Positions 51,048 through 64,000 of a stretch of DNA of 64,000 nucleotides are shown piece by piece. Each line of letters begins with the position of its first letter. Position 1 is the first letter of the stretch. The DNA is from Trichoplax sp. H2 (Eukaryota): contig NOWV01000031.1 of NCBI GenBank assembly GCA_003344405.1, positions 124,001-188,000 of the forward strand. The letters are read 5' to 3'. Position numbers and translations under genes: made by a program. The notes below the pieces were generated by a model, which was not told where the DNA came from, ran no database searches, and worked only from the letters and a program-made list of their open reading frames with translations.

Positions 51048-53207
51048 ATGCCTGCTATCTTGAATAGTCTTAAAACTCTACACGAAGAAGGTAGGAGTTT
51101 TAAAAAAAAATACAAATATATACTCGCACTGGCTTTATACAAAGAAGCTATATCTGAAATAGAATCGATACCCAATGGCAGTGATGATCTTCTACAACTT
51201 GAATACGATATCTATCTGGACATGGCTTACAGTTATAAGGAGCAAAGTGAGTGGAGCAAAGCTGATGAATGCTGTCGTAAAGGAGAGGAGTTGGCTAAGA
51301 AACTGCAAAATGAAGTCAAAATTGCGAAATGTTTAGATATGCAAGGAGAAACTAAACGAATACAATATTATATCAGTGGCGCTATGGATGATTTTAAGAA
51401 ATCGCTTGAAATAAAACGGAGACTGTTAGGAAGCGACGATATTGAGGTCAGTAAGTCCTATAGTAACATTGGTACTGTAAACAAAATGGCTGGCACGTAT
51501 GCTGAGGCTTTAGATATGTATACGGAATCGCTGAAGATTCAAGTAAATATTCGAGGCGAGAATCATCCTGATGTTGCTAGCTTATATTGCAACATTGGAG
51601 ATATCTACCGGAATCAAGGTAAATATAATGATGCTCTGCCTATGCTTAAAAAATCGATCGAGATTGGTTCAGCAACAGTAGGTGATAATCATCCTAACGT
51701 AGCTAAGTCATATCACACTATTGGACTAATTTATTGGAATCAAGGTCAATATAAGTGCGCTCTGTCAAAGTTAAATAAATCACTTAAGATTCTACGAGAA
51801 ATATTTGGGGAAAATCATGTTGATGTTGCTACCTTATATAACGATATCGGACTTGTCTATGATGCTCAAGACAAGTATAATGAAGCTCTATCAAAGTTGA
51901 ACTATTCTCTCAATATTCGATTAGCAAGTTTTAAAGACAATCACCCTGATATAGCAGAGTCCTATCACAACATTGCAAGTGTCTACTATCATCTAGAAAA
52001 GTACGATGATGCCGTGTCAATGCATAACAAATCACTCAAGATTACACGAGCACAACTTGGTGACAACCATCCCTATGTTGCTGTGTCATATAACAACATT
52101 GCCCTTACCTATTGCAAACAAGGCAAGAGTGATGATGCTCTATCAATGTATAATAAAGCACTTAATATTGAACTATCAACACTTGGTGACAAGCATCCAA
52201 GTATTGCTATAACATATAAAAACATTGGTGATGTCTATCGTCAACAAGCCAAGTATGATGAAGCTCTATCAATGTATAACAAAGCACTCGAGATTGAACA
52301 AGTAGCACTTTATGAAAATCATCCAACTATTGCTGAAACATGTAGTAATATAGGACTTGTCTATAAGGATCAAGGCAAATATGATGAAGCTCTATCAATG
52401 CATAATAAATCACTCGATATCGGATTAGTAGCATTTGGTAACAATCATCCTGATATTGCAATGTCGTATTACAACATTGGAGAAGTCTGCCATAATCAAG
52501 AAAAGTATGATGAAGCTCTGTCAATGTATGAGAAATCAATTGAGATTATAAAAGCAAGATTTGGCGACAATCACTCTGATGTTGCCGAGATATATCACAA
52601 AATTGCGGCTGTCTATAAGAAGCAAGGCAAGTATGATGACAATCTTTTAATATTGAATAAATTACTCAGGATTAGGCGAAGAATGCTTGGTGACAATCAT
52701 CTTGATGTTGCTACCTTATATAATAACATTGCTCTTGTACATCAGAGTCAAGGCAATTATGATAAAGCTCTAGCGATGCATAAAGAATCACTTGACATTC
52801 AACTAAAACAACTTGGTAAAAATCATCCAAATATCGCTGCAACATATAGCAATCTTGGACATATCCATAGTCGTCTAAGCGAGTATAATAGCGCTCTATC
52901 AATGTATAAAAAATTGCTCAAAATCCAACAATCACAACCTTATGGCAATGATTCCGATATTGCTGAAACGAATAACTACATTGGACTAGCCTGTAGTAAG
53001 CTAAAGATGTATGATGACGCTCTGTCAATGTTTAATAAGGCATTGGAGATCTACTCAGCCAGATTTGGTGAGAATAATCCAACTGCTGCGGTATATTATG
53101 GTAACCGAGGAGATGTCTACAATGAGCAGGGTAATTATCGCCAAGCATGCATCTCCTATAAGAAATCGAACAGCATTTTGTGCAATCTCTATGTAGGTTA
53201 TGATTAA
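51048..53207 (+). CDS. Intronless TPR protein with ~14 42-aa repeats (kinesin-light-chain / NPHP3-like TPR type)
   Basis: 719-aa ORF of repeats GDNHPDIAxSYNNIGxVYxxQGKYDEALSMYxKSLxI. Confidence 0.93.
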   Translation: MPAILNSLKTLHEEGRSFKKKYKYILALALYKEAISEIESIPNGSDDLLQLEYDIYLDMAYSYKEQSEWSKADECCRKGEELAKKLQNEVKIAKCLDMQGETKRIQYYISGAMDDFKKSLEIKRRLLGSDDIEVSKSYSNIGTVNKMAGTYAEALDMYTESLKIQVNIRGENHPDVASLYCNIGDIYRNQGKYNDALPMLKKSIEIGSATVGDNHPNVAKSYHTIGLIYWNQGQYKCALSKLNKSLKILREIFGENHVDVATLYNDIGLVYDAQDKYNEALSKLNYSLNIRLASFKDNHPDIAESYHNIASVYYHLEKYDDAVSMHNKSLKITRAQLGDNHPYVAVSYNNIALTYCKQGKSDDALSMYNKALNIELSTLGDKHPSIAITYKNIGDVYRQQAKYDEALSMYNKALEIEQVALYENHPTIAETCSNIGLVYKDQGKYDEALSMHNKSLDIGLVAFGNNHPDIAMSYYNIGEVCHNQEKYDEALSMYEKSIEIIKARFGDNHSDVAEIYHKIAAVYKKQGKYDDNLLILNKLLRIRRRMLGDNHLDVATLYNNIALVHQSQGNYDKALAMHKESLDIQLKQLGKNHPNIAATYSNLGHIHSRLSEYNSALSMYKKLLKIQQSQPYGNDSDIAETNNYIGLACSKLKMYDDALSMFNKALEIYSARFGENNPTAAVYYGNRGDVYNEQGNYRQACISYKKSNSILCNLYVGYD

Positions 53208-54967
53208 AACAGGATGCCATACCTGCATCACTGATCATCCTGATATAGTCAGAGTTTAATATCATCGCGGCTTTCCCCTATTTATCTGTAATGTAACTTA
53301 GTATTGTGATTGTAGACTGTTAGCCATGTGTAGTATAATGTACGGTAGATATTTATCCTAAGAGATATTTGGTAGCTGTAACTATAGACTGTAGTGGTAG
53401 AGACTCTATGCTAGAGTACAGATGACTATATACAGTAAGCTGTTGAGTTACTAATATGGCTATAGGTAAAAATAGAACTGTAAATCATATATTAGGATAT
53501 GGTTAATTCGTTGTACTTTGGCTGGTGTGAATAATGTCTACGTAAGTACTGTAGTCGTATGCATATTGGATTAATGATGGTCCGCAGTAGAATAGTCTTA
53601 CTAAGAATAATTTAACTATGTGTAAAATAAGGTAAAAGGTTGCCATGCGGATTGTAGCTGCGAATGCTACGGAAAGTATAAAAGCATGCAACTTTAGATT
53701 ATTCTGTTAGTTCGTTCTAGAAGTCTTTAGTAGTAGTATTCGGCTAGAGTAGAGCTGTGTAGTTAATCTTTGTATAAGATTCAATAAAAGCCCTTATTTT
53801 TCTAAAATTAGGAATTTCGTGATTGGTATATATCACATTATCACATTGAATAATTTTCAGCTTATATCTGTACCATTCCGATACAAAGTTTTCAGTGTAT
53901 ATTCAAGCTAATATAGATGCTTAGCGATACTAATAAAGTAATGTAATGACGCTGTATTATTGTATAATTTATAATACTGTTGTCATCATTAAAGACATAG
54001 TAATAATTAGTACAAATATTGTCATTACTGAAGTACAAAGGATGTTCTAGTTTAAGTTTCGTAAGAAACTAAAGTAATCGGATAATTTTATTCTTACACT
54101 GGGTCCAGAATTTAATAGATGTTGTTCAGTAATTCCTGTTTATGATCTTCGAGTTATAAACATGCTAAGGATATAAGTAGTTAAGGTAACGCAATAGTGT
54201 TGTCTTGTTTCATACGTGAGATTATAGTCTGCAGTTGAAGACTTTTCCTAACGAGAATCCCGTAGTAAACTGTTTTACTCCAAATCACTTGGGATTAGAA
54301 TTATTGGAAAATTAGAAAGGACAGATTTATTACAAGTAGTGGTCTATTAATCTCTATATATTGAAGATTCCCACTCACTACCACTCTGATACAAGCATTT
54401 TTATGCTACAAGTTCTCCTAAAGCTATTTACAGTTAATTAATATTCTTGTAACCTGAGAATCATGATTCTGTATATTCCACTTATAACTAATAGTTTAAG
54501 CGAAAAATATTGTAAAATGATTTAGTTTCAAGTGATAGTTACAAACTCTCTACGATATGCTGCATAAAATATTGCTCTGAGCGTATGGCAATATGTGATA
54601 TAATGATAATGCTATAAATTTGTCTGATAATTGAATTTCAATCGTTAGAACTATAAATGCAATAACTCAGACATTGCTGTTGCATAGCATAACTTTAGAT
54701 TCATAAATTGTTATTTAAGATAATTCTCTACCTATGTCCATAGGTCTTCAAGTACTTGACTGTAATTAATTATTAAGAATACTTGCAATATTACATAAGC
54801 TTTAATGATGTATTGGTAAATATGCACTGAAATAATCTGACTTGTCTAGAAACGATTAAGAAATAAAACAACATAGTACTGCATCAATTTCCTATACATT
54901 TGAAAAAGCATAAGAAAAAGTTTTGATCAAAAATTGGGAAAATGTCTACTACTATGCAATTAGGCTT

Positions 54968-54987
54968 NNNNNNNNNNNNNNNNNNNN
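54968..54987. other. Assembly gap (20 N)
   Basis: Run of n. Flank 54808-54967 recurs at 55314-55473. Confidence 0.98.
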
Positions 54988-57041
54988 TATAGACTACATT
55001 ACAGTACTTTATCGTCATGTTATAAATCCCCTTTCTCTAAGGATAGGGTTTTGCTACTAAGTCAAATTTCTTTACAATTTGAATAGACGATGAAACGCCC
55101 TTTCTTTAGATTAGGCATTTGCTCTATAGGGCTACTTCTATAGTAATCTATATAATACCTTGCAAAATAATGAAGAAGAAAAGATGGCGACATGATGATT
55201 TGGCAGGGTAAAACTTAAAGACACTATCACTTTCTAGGTATTTTCTATAGTAAAATAATACTAATTACATACTAAAAACTACAAAGGACTCTACTTTTAG
55301 TCCTTTTACTACAATGTATTGGTAAATATGCACTGAAATAATCTGACTTGTCTAGAAACGATTAAGAAATAAAACAGCATAGTACTGCATTAATTTCCTA
55401 TACATTTGAAAAAGCATAAGAAAAAGTTTTGATCAAAAGTTGGGAAAATGTCTACTACTATGCAATTAGGCTTTACATGGATGTAAAATTAATAACATAC
55501 GTTTTATAGATTCATGATTGTTCATAACTAAAAAGTAGAGCTGAGTAGCCGATTGGTTGAGTAATACTGAATTGCGTGAATTAAGTTAAAAAAGCTGCAG
55601 TAGAGTAGAAAATGCATTTTGATCACTAAGTTTTTTGCAGGATAAAAGATAAAGTAGCACCGATACATACTGTATGTATAAAGACTAATATTAGAAGAGT
55701 AGTTCTACCTAATATTAGTGGCACTACCTCGGTTATGACAGTAAATAAGAGAACACTTTGCATATAAAATAATTAGAGTGAGTAACAACTTTCAGATGCG
55801 TAGTACGCTATCGAATTTTATAAAGACAACTGTACGTAGCTCGCAAAAAGTTTCCTGACAGTAAATTACTGTTGACTATTGTAGCTATTGTCAAGTATTA
55901 GTAGTGTCGGTTTATTGTACATCTTGGCTGTTCGAGGTTTTTGAAACGCCAAAAAGTTAGCTTACTAGTCTAGTTTTCTCTTTTCAATCGGCGCAACAAC
56001 TGAGGTAGTTATTAAGGATCGATATAGGAGTATTTATTTGATGTTTGTGTTGCAATAGTAGTTGTAACAAATGCTGATAAGATAACCATGTTAAGGGGTA
56101 TACAATCTCATTGATTAGATAGTCTCACTAATTGAAAGAAGCTTTAAATTATTAAGATAAAATATCATTTAATAAGCTTAGGTGATACTGCATAGAAATT
56201 CTATCGATAATTAATATATTCAACGATTTAGATTGTAACTGATTTTGAGGAACGGGCTTTATTCGGTCATGCTTCATCTCTTCATTTTTAATTACAGAAC
56301 AAAGAAGATAAGTAGACCGTCCACAGATTCCATTATCTTAAAGAAAATGAAACCTATACATAAGCTAGATCGAAAATGTAAAAGAAACAGCAAATATGCT
56401 GTAAAATGCTAATTATTTCTCGTAATGGAGCCGCAACTGAAATGAAATAGATACTTAAAATAGCAATAAATCTTCGTCAGTTTTAGTATTATACTCATCT
56501 AGAGAATACCATCATGATATAAGCCTATTCTGCGGTGTTTGCAAGAGTTTAGTAGGAGTGCTGACGTAGGTTTACTATAACTGTAGTTTTAAAACTTCTA
56601 CGCTCTCACTTCATGGTGAATTTGAATCATATTGCTATTGTACTTGTCTACATCTATTTGCTTGAATTATCAATCGAGTTTCAATAATGCAGTTAAATCT
56701 GGTCGAATGTACAGATTGATTTTATTATGCATGACAATTAAACGGGAAAATAGTCCGCTACATATAAAGTTAAGAGATAATAGTTATTGACGTTCTGTTT
56801 AATGTAGTAGAAAATTTTTTTAATACCATCAATAATTAGTTTTAACTTTTAACCTACGGTTATTACTCAGCTATCCTATTGTTTTAGTTACATCTGTAAA
56901 TCCCTTACTTAAATGATTATGATTATTAAGAAATGCATCACTACGTATTTCTGCTCTCATTCGGTCTTAGCATATGACTATATTCTATTCTATCAGAGCC
57001 AAAGAACAGGATGAATTTTGAATTTAGGTATACAATCCAGA

Positions 57042-60000
57042 TTAGACCCTGTAGTGAAAAAGAAATTAAGTATTGAACTATTGCTCGTAAATATAATGTA
57101 AAATATTTTACAAGAATTACTTACTTTTCTTCCTTGACTCCATCTTTCCATACTAAGCCGATTGCGGTTTTGCCGTCTTCCTTAACCAAAACATGTAAGG
57201 CTTCAGCATCCATACTTTCTACCATGAAAAATTTCCAATCGCTGAATGTCTTAATAATTTCAGCCATCTTTACATTTACTTTTTTTTTGAAAATTTCAAC
57301 TCGATCGGGATTATGATCCTTTATATTCGTCACTATTTTGGCTATGTAATCTAAGAATTATATTTCAAATTTTAAGGATTGTTGCCGATATTAATGATTA
57401 CAACTTATAATAAAATTAACTTACAAATAATTATCTTAGTTAAATGGTATTTTATAAAAAGATTTTATTACAACGTTTTAAGAATAGTAGAGCAATAATA
57501 ATTACTACAAGAATCTAGTCTAAAATCTAAAGTATTCCGAGCTCTAAAGTGAGGTGAAGTCTCTAATAATTAATGTGAGCTGATCGCTGCAGTTCTTAAA
57601 TACATTTCATTAAATCTATTTATTTCAATATACAATCAGAATTGAGTCATCAAACAGAATACGGTACTATTCCTTAAACAGAATATCATTATCTTCAACT
57701 ATCCGAATCATTCTACTTAGGATATAATTACTCTTCTGTTAATGTTCAGCACCTTTCGATGTTGGGCATCTTTGCAATTACTATACAGTGTTTTTAGTCA
57801 CATAAATTTTGTACCGATATTAGTCAACTGATTAATATTAGTCATCGGCAATTTCTGATATAGTAGTTAGCAAGCATCTTATATTAGAGTCACGATAATA
57901 GCTGTTCTTAGAAATCTACCGACATTAGATATAGCTATAAACATAATCAAATACAGCTATCTTTATAATCAAATATGGGATGTATCACTAAATAACTATA
58001 GCACCTTTCCACTCAATTAAAATAAAGTAATTTATCACGGTAGAGCATTAACAATTAGCCAAGAGAGCAAACTCTTTATAAAATATATGCACACTATGCA
58101 AATAAATCAATTTCTTTGTACTATATCACGATTTCTGATAAATAAAAATATGATTAGACTGCTGTCGATCAATTCTCAAGTAAATCGCAAAGAAAACGCG
58201 CGAAAGCAAAAATGTATCTGACATCAAGTTCAGCATGCGATTTTATTTTTATTCATAGCACTTCATCTAAAGTATCGCCGGCAATCGATATTTGTCTTAA
58301 CCTTTTATGTACTTTTTAAAATCTTTTACACTGGAAAAGCCCGTTTCTACAAGTCTGTTTTGGAGTACGAAATCGATTCCAGTAACGGCAGCTCCAGCTG
58401 ACTCTACTTTGCCAGCGCTGCTATTCCCAATAGCTGCGTCATCAATTTCTCCTGCTTCTTCTGTAATAACCTATAAGATGCATACTCCGCAAAGTTACTA
58501 TTTAAACACGAAATTAGATCATGCATCTCTTCTATATCTCTAAAATACTGACCTACGAAATGCTTTATAAAACAGATTCATTTTCTATCTAGAAACGATT
58601 TACTGTCGTGTATGAGCATTATGATCTTCGTATTTAATTCGAGTAGCGTACTATACCTTGCCTTTCAATTCATAATACAAGTCGTCCACTAAAGTGTACA
58701 GGTTACGATCAGTAAAAATCGTGTTATCTAGAAGAAGAATTAAACCATGCTTTCTTTAGTAGCTGAATAAATTTAAAACATTCATCTCTATTTTTACTCG
58801 ACAATGTCTTTTTTTGGCCATACAGTAACTTCAATGCTATAATCGATAGTTCAGTACAGACAATACGTATACTACATCACTGTTACCATTAAAACTATTA
58901 AATAAGTAAAATTACAAAATCAAATAGCATTCAATAGATCTGAAAAAACGGCCAATTACTAGCTTTAGTTTAAAAAATGCATTTTTAACACAAAAAGAAA
59001 TAGAAGCAGCATAAACACATTTCTTCTTAAATTATCTGATTCATTGATGCAATTTGAGTCATAGCCTTAAACCATTTTTATTTATAATAATTTTAATAAA
59101 GTGTTAAATCCTAACAGTATACGTTCAGTTTGTACTCTATGTAGATGATTTCTGTTGAATAGATGATCCCATTTTTTAGGCGAAAGAATACTGTATACAA
59201 ACAAATATCTCATTGATTTATTTCATCAGCGCCAATATGCTGTATGACAGGGTATTATTAAAATAAATATCTTCCCAATTGAATTAAATACTCGTATATA
59301 TAGCACTCAAAGCAGTAATAAATGCTAACACTCTGCACTGATTGTAAAGTCTAGAGCGTTTCTGATTTCGTAGAATAGTTATAAAGTACAACCGTAAGAA
59401 TATTAGTCATCCATTGAAGCACACAATCATCAATTGATTGTACCCGCAAAATATAACTTATCTACTGTAGATCATTAGCATACGCTAAAGTAGGCAGCAT
59501 GGCAGCAAACATTTTTACAAGTTAATTTCTCCAACTATGCGTAAGAACACAGAAAAACTCACTGATGCAATAAAGCATATTACATTATCCGTAACATTTC
59601 TAATTTAATGGGAAGAATAGTAGAATTTTGCTTCATGAGTTAATGTAATGAATTCATTACATTGATCATTTATTACTAATCTAATTTTAAATGCTATAGG
59701 TTTTATTATCCTAAACAAAATTACGGTTGATGCAAAAATGAGTTAAGGCGATTAATGGCACGCCCAACTTGATCTACTCGCAAGGTATGCTTCGCTGTCA
59801 TTATTATCTCTCATTTTATGAAGAGAATAGTAAAATTTGGCTACGCAAGTTTATTTAATGTGTTAACACGAATTAATTATTATTAGTCTAAATTAAAATG
59901 CAAAAGTCTCTACCATCCAAGATGAAATTGTCCCTTAATACGAGAAATATCTAAAGACCTATATACGCCCAACTTGATCTACCTGCAAGGTGTGCCTTGC

Positions 60001-60345
60001 TCTCTTTAACATCTCTGATTTTATGACAAGAACTGTAGAAATTTTACTACAGAAATTTCTTGAATGACCTTCTCATTAGTCTAATTTAAAAAAATTCGCA
60101 TAAAATCCGATACGCTTCACTTTCCTAATATGAAATTGTTGTTTGATGGGAAAAAGTTAAACGTGATAACGTGCAAAACTTGATTAACTCTTACTCTTGT
60201 TTGTAGTTTAAGTTATTACGGATAAACTAAACAATTGTCTAATTCTGTAATTAATCATTATCTCTGCAACAGTATACAGTCATGTACTATCACGATCTGG
60301 TCTACATGAGAACTTACCACTTACGATATCTTTAAAGATGATCAT
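57042..60345 (-). CDS. TPT1: Translationally controlled tumour protein (TCTP), divergent, 5 predicted exons
   Basis: Exons 60345-60318 (MIIFKDIVS), ~58727-58657 (DNTIFTDRNLYTLVDDLYYELKGK), ~58470-58302 (EIDDAAIGNS...VTGIDFVLQNRLVETGF...FKKYIK), ~57350-57125 (DYIAKIV...HNPDRVEIFKK...WKFFMVESMDAEA...WKDGVKEEK) and a 7-nt last coding exon 57048-57042 (V*). Confidence 0.9.
59570..60130. repeat. Diverged ~200-bp tandem repeat x3 inside TCTP intron 1
   Basis: agaatagtagaattttgct-like anchor at ~59613, 59824, 60029. acgcccaacttgatctac at ~59760 and 59965. Confidence 0.7.
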
Positions 60346-60479
60346 CGTTAATGGAAGGATTGAGAAGACTTTGATTCGAAATTGCGGGTAAAATCGACGC
60401 TCTCGCGTGGAAAGAATTTCTGAAAATTAAACTTTACAGAGGTATACACGCGTTAAAAAGACTATGGTAAATGATGACA

Positions 60480-62335
60480 ATTGCAATTAGTAACCATAAA
60501 AGTAAACATGGTGAACCCTGATGTTTGGAAAAACTATTGAAATCACATACAATAAAATCTCTCAAGGGATAGATTTGTACAATACACATCATGAAGCTAA
60601 AAGTCTAAAATCTTATTGCCTCTGGCCGATAGCCTTAAGTACGTGATTTGCTATTCACGAAATTAAATTTCAATTGAGTCAAGTAATTAAACATATTAGT
60701 ATACAATGGTGGTACAGTATAGAAGTGACTATGTAACAATAGTTGAAGAGCAGCTAGTTGGCTTACTGAGTTAGTCAGTCAGTGAATCGGTAGACTACTG
60801 AGCGAATTGCTCAAAAAGTAAGTTTTTACTAGAGCAGTAATCTGTGAAATATTAAAAAGCCTACATTCTGTAACTCGTTTGAGTATTTATAAAAGAACTT
60901 GTCGGAGTTTCATAGCTCTAGGCTAATTTTCGATATACCAAGCAAGATTAGAGTAAACATCGACAGCTAATTATAAAATGTAACCATAGTAAAATGCAAT
61001 ACATAAGAAAATAATTCAAGTTACAAATGATAAACGCTCTCAGCGGGTAGATTTGTACAGTTCTGTTATTTCTAAAGAGTAATAAGCTCTCGATCTCAAT
61101 GAATCGGCCTAGCCACGGCCAGATTTATTGTTTAGCAGTAATTACTCCATCCTAAAGTAATGCCACACAAAACGTACTAGTACGTCGAGGGTTTCTTGAA
61201 TACAATTGAATTAATAGAAATATATGACCACTTCTATAAATCACGTACAATATAGTTTTACATTCATTTAAAATTACACCCAGTCAAACAGGTAAGAACC
61301 AGTTGTCCAATCAAAAGATGACAATTCATGAAAACGCAACAAACAAGATTTCTTCAAGCCCTAGCCTTTTTCTTTAAATTGCTGTTACTTATTATGATTT
61401 AAGATTTTCAAGTAACTGTTATAAATCAACAATAGCAAAGCCGATCATTTTATCTAGGATAAGTATTAGATGTTACGATGTGCTATTAACAAACGATGTT
61501 ATATATTCTCATAATTAATTTATACAGCAGACATAACGTAAACAGCTTAGCTAAGATGCAGTATAATAATCCATTTTGCAAGCATATAAAAATACTGTAA
61601 AAAGCAATTAGCAGTATGTTATAGTCGTCACAATTATACATCAAAGTGTTAAGAGTCTAAAATCTTATTGCTCTGGCTAGTAGCCTTAAATACGTGAATT
61701 GCGGTTCACACAATGAATAAAAATTCAGTTGAGTCAACTAATTGAACACATCGGTACGCAATGTTATCTAAGCAAAGAAGCGACTAACTAACAACAGTAA
61801 GGAAGCAGTTAGTTAGCTTACTGAGTTAGTCAGTTAGTGAATTGGTTGCCTACGATACTGAACAAATTGTTTAGAAAGTAAGTTTTACCAGTATAGGAAT
61901 CTGTGAAATAAAAGTAATATATTTTATATCGCGTTTGAGTATTTATCGGAGAAATAACCGGAGTGTCGTTGCTCTTGGTCTATTTTCCGATATACAAAGC
62001 AAGATTTTAGGGAATAATGACAATTAATCGTAAACCTAAAAGAGTAAAACCCATGCATAGAAAATATTTTTGTAATTATATACAATAAAGACTCAGCGGG
62101 TAGACTTGCACAAAATATATCCTGAAGTTATTGCCTCCGGCTTATAGCCTCAAATGCGCAAATCGCAGTTCACGAAATAAGTAAAAGTGCAATTGAGTCA
62201 ACTAATTAAATATCAGTATGCAATAATAACCAAAAAAAGAAGCGACTAACTAACAACAGTAAGGAAGCAGTTAGTTAGCTTAGTGAGTTTGTCAGAAAGA
62301 GAATTAGTTGACTACGGTACTGAGCAAATTGTTTA
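60480..62335. repeat. Diverged ~470-bp repeat, 3 full or partial copies upstream of TCTP
   Basis: ttattgcctc.ggc..tagcct.aa ... ttgagtcaa.taatt ... gcagttagttagcttactgagttagtcag at ~60612, 61665, 62129. Confidence 0.85.
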
Positions 62336-64000
62336 TTAACACCTATAATATTCATTTAATAATCAATATCTATCCATTAGCAACTAATGGTAAATAAAAT
62401 CAATACAGTATCACGGACATCACTCCGTGACACTTCCATATCAATTGATTTGAATATTACCTTCCGTCTAGCTGGTTGATTAAAAAGTCTTACCGTCCCA
62501 ACCATAATTTTAAACTGATTTTACGCCCTCAACAGGACCATTTAATATCGTTTTAGAATATAAGGTAATGGGTTAAAGGGCTATTGTAATTTAAAATCTT
62601 AAACCGCTTTCAATTATTTGCTCACTTCACTGATCATAAGTTCGACGACGAATTAATAGTTAAATGCATAGAAGAATATTTCTAGTAATTAGACTTGTTG
62701 TTTAGAAGTGGCGCATAACTCTAATTTAAGCTTAGCAATTCAACAGTATTTTATTTTCAAGTTATGAACGTTAGTTTAGATGATAAAGTGCTCAATATCG
62801 GAAAGGTATAGACTATTGATTAAAATTATATCTACTAGCATATTGCTATGATAAGTTACGGCAAAATAATCTATTGACGATTGATAAATAAATGGATGCA
62901 TAGGAGCATTGAACTTCGGTGGGCAAGAAGAATGTTTTTTAGCCCAAAATGTCTCCATAAATTGTGCCCTACTATAGCTTTATCATATTTTTCCTTACAG
63001 AACAAAGTTTATGCTACTATTTGCACGCATGTTACAATGAATTAAAGATAGATGTTCTTCCAGTACTATCAAAGATATGTAAATAAGCAAATATTAAGTG
63101 TAGGATTTACCGATACGCTACGTTCTAATTTGCTATGTTTAATATCATGACAACTTATAATTTAAGTGTTGGTATCACATATTAATTAATAAGGATCATT
63201 AGTTTGGCTGTATAATTATGAAGAGCAATCTGCCTGAATCTAAGAATCTAACTTGCCTTTAATAGTACCAGAAAAATCTTGGTAAGCAGCGTAAGTTTAA
63301 AGCCATTTTATTTTACTAAAATTACGAAATTTGCGAAACAATCTTGTTACAGATCTATATTATTGGAGACTTTGATATCAAATTCATGGCTAGAGCAAGA
63401 TGATAACTACTATTGAACTCTTTGTTTTCTCTCCAATCTTAGTATGTAGCATGCTTTGTATAGACATGAAATTATACCGATAGTGAACATTGTAAGTGCA
63501 ACCGTTAACGATTAACTTTTGCATACCTGTCGTAACATATATTTTATAAGAAAATTTATCTTGGAATCTATTTACATTCCGTTATCTATAACGTTTTACA
63601 TATTTTTAATAGATAACTGCATAGTTTTATAATATTATCTATACGCTGATATATAATTAATGTTTTTATCGATTCACTATAAACTGACTGTCTTTTTATA
63701 AAGTTTGGGTTCAGTTATGTCTAAGAGACGCTGATAGTGCTACTGTTCCTACTGACGATAGGAGATCGTCAGTATGTACTGTCGTACTTTAAGTTAATGT
63801 CCGGGAGAAAAAGCTTGATAGTAGATTCGTAGTATGATTTTCTATAATAGTTTGACTTTTCTACGTTACAAATTTTGATTTGTAACTGCAATTCAAAAGA
63901 TCGTATAGGTTCTTAAATTTAAATTTAATAAATAAATATTATGGAAAATGTTTTCTATTTTGCTACTTCTACTACCTGTTGCAATATATTTAATTTTCAA

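Noticed and set aside
52006..53265. Short alternate-frame and antisense ORFs within the TPR gene
   Set aside because: Shadows of the 126-bp coding repeat.
54808..55473. 160-bp direct repeat around the N gap as possible LTR or element ends
   Set aside because: One copy ends exactly at the gap and the copies differ by about 3 substitutions, typical of unmerged allelic contig ends.
62776..62958. 60-aa minus-strand ORF
   Set aside because: No homology or supporting exon structure.

Overview
AT-rich eukaryotic genomic DNA with compact GT-AG introns (many ~50-150 nt). Gene content, an intronless 42-aa-TPR gene and APAF-1-like paralogs suggest an early-branching animal, most plausibly a placozoan (Trichoplax-like); this is inferred, not demonstrated. 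Genes assembled by hand from splice signals: MRPL12 (+), POLR3E/RPC5 (-), an 18-exon APAF-1-like gene with CARD, winged-helix, helical and WD40 regions but no visible nucleotide-binding domain (+), an intronless bacterial-type ACT-domain gene (+), an intronless GT10 alpha-1,3-fucosyltransferase (-), a second APAF-1-like WD40 cassette (+), an intronless TPR gene (+) and a divergent TCTP (-). The most striking structure, invisible in the ORF track, is an ~11-kb array (31616-42375) of about 60 symmetric phase-2 micro-exons (mostly 39-66 nt, mode 45, almost all multiples of 3) encoding an acidic, low-complexity polypeptide of roughly 1,000 aa. It can join in frame to the second WD40 cassette through a GTAAGT donor that overlaps that cassette's stop codon. 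Several tandem repeats, TACAGTAC-rich patches and one assembly gap are also present. Exon boundaries are manual predictions without transcript evidence.
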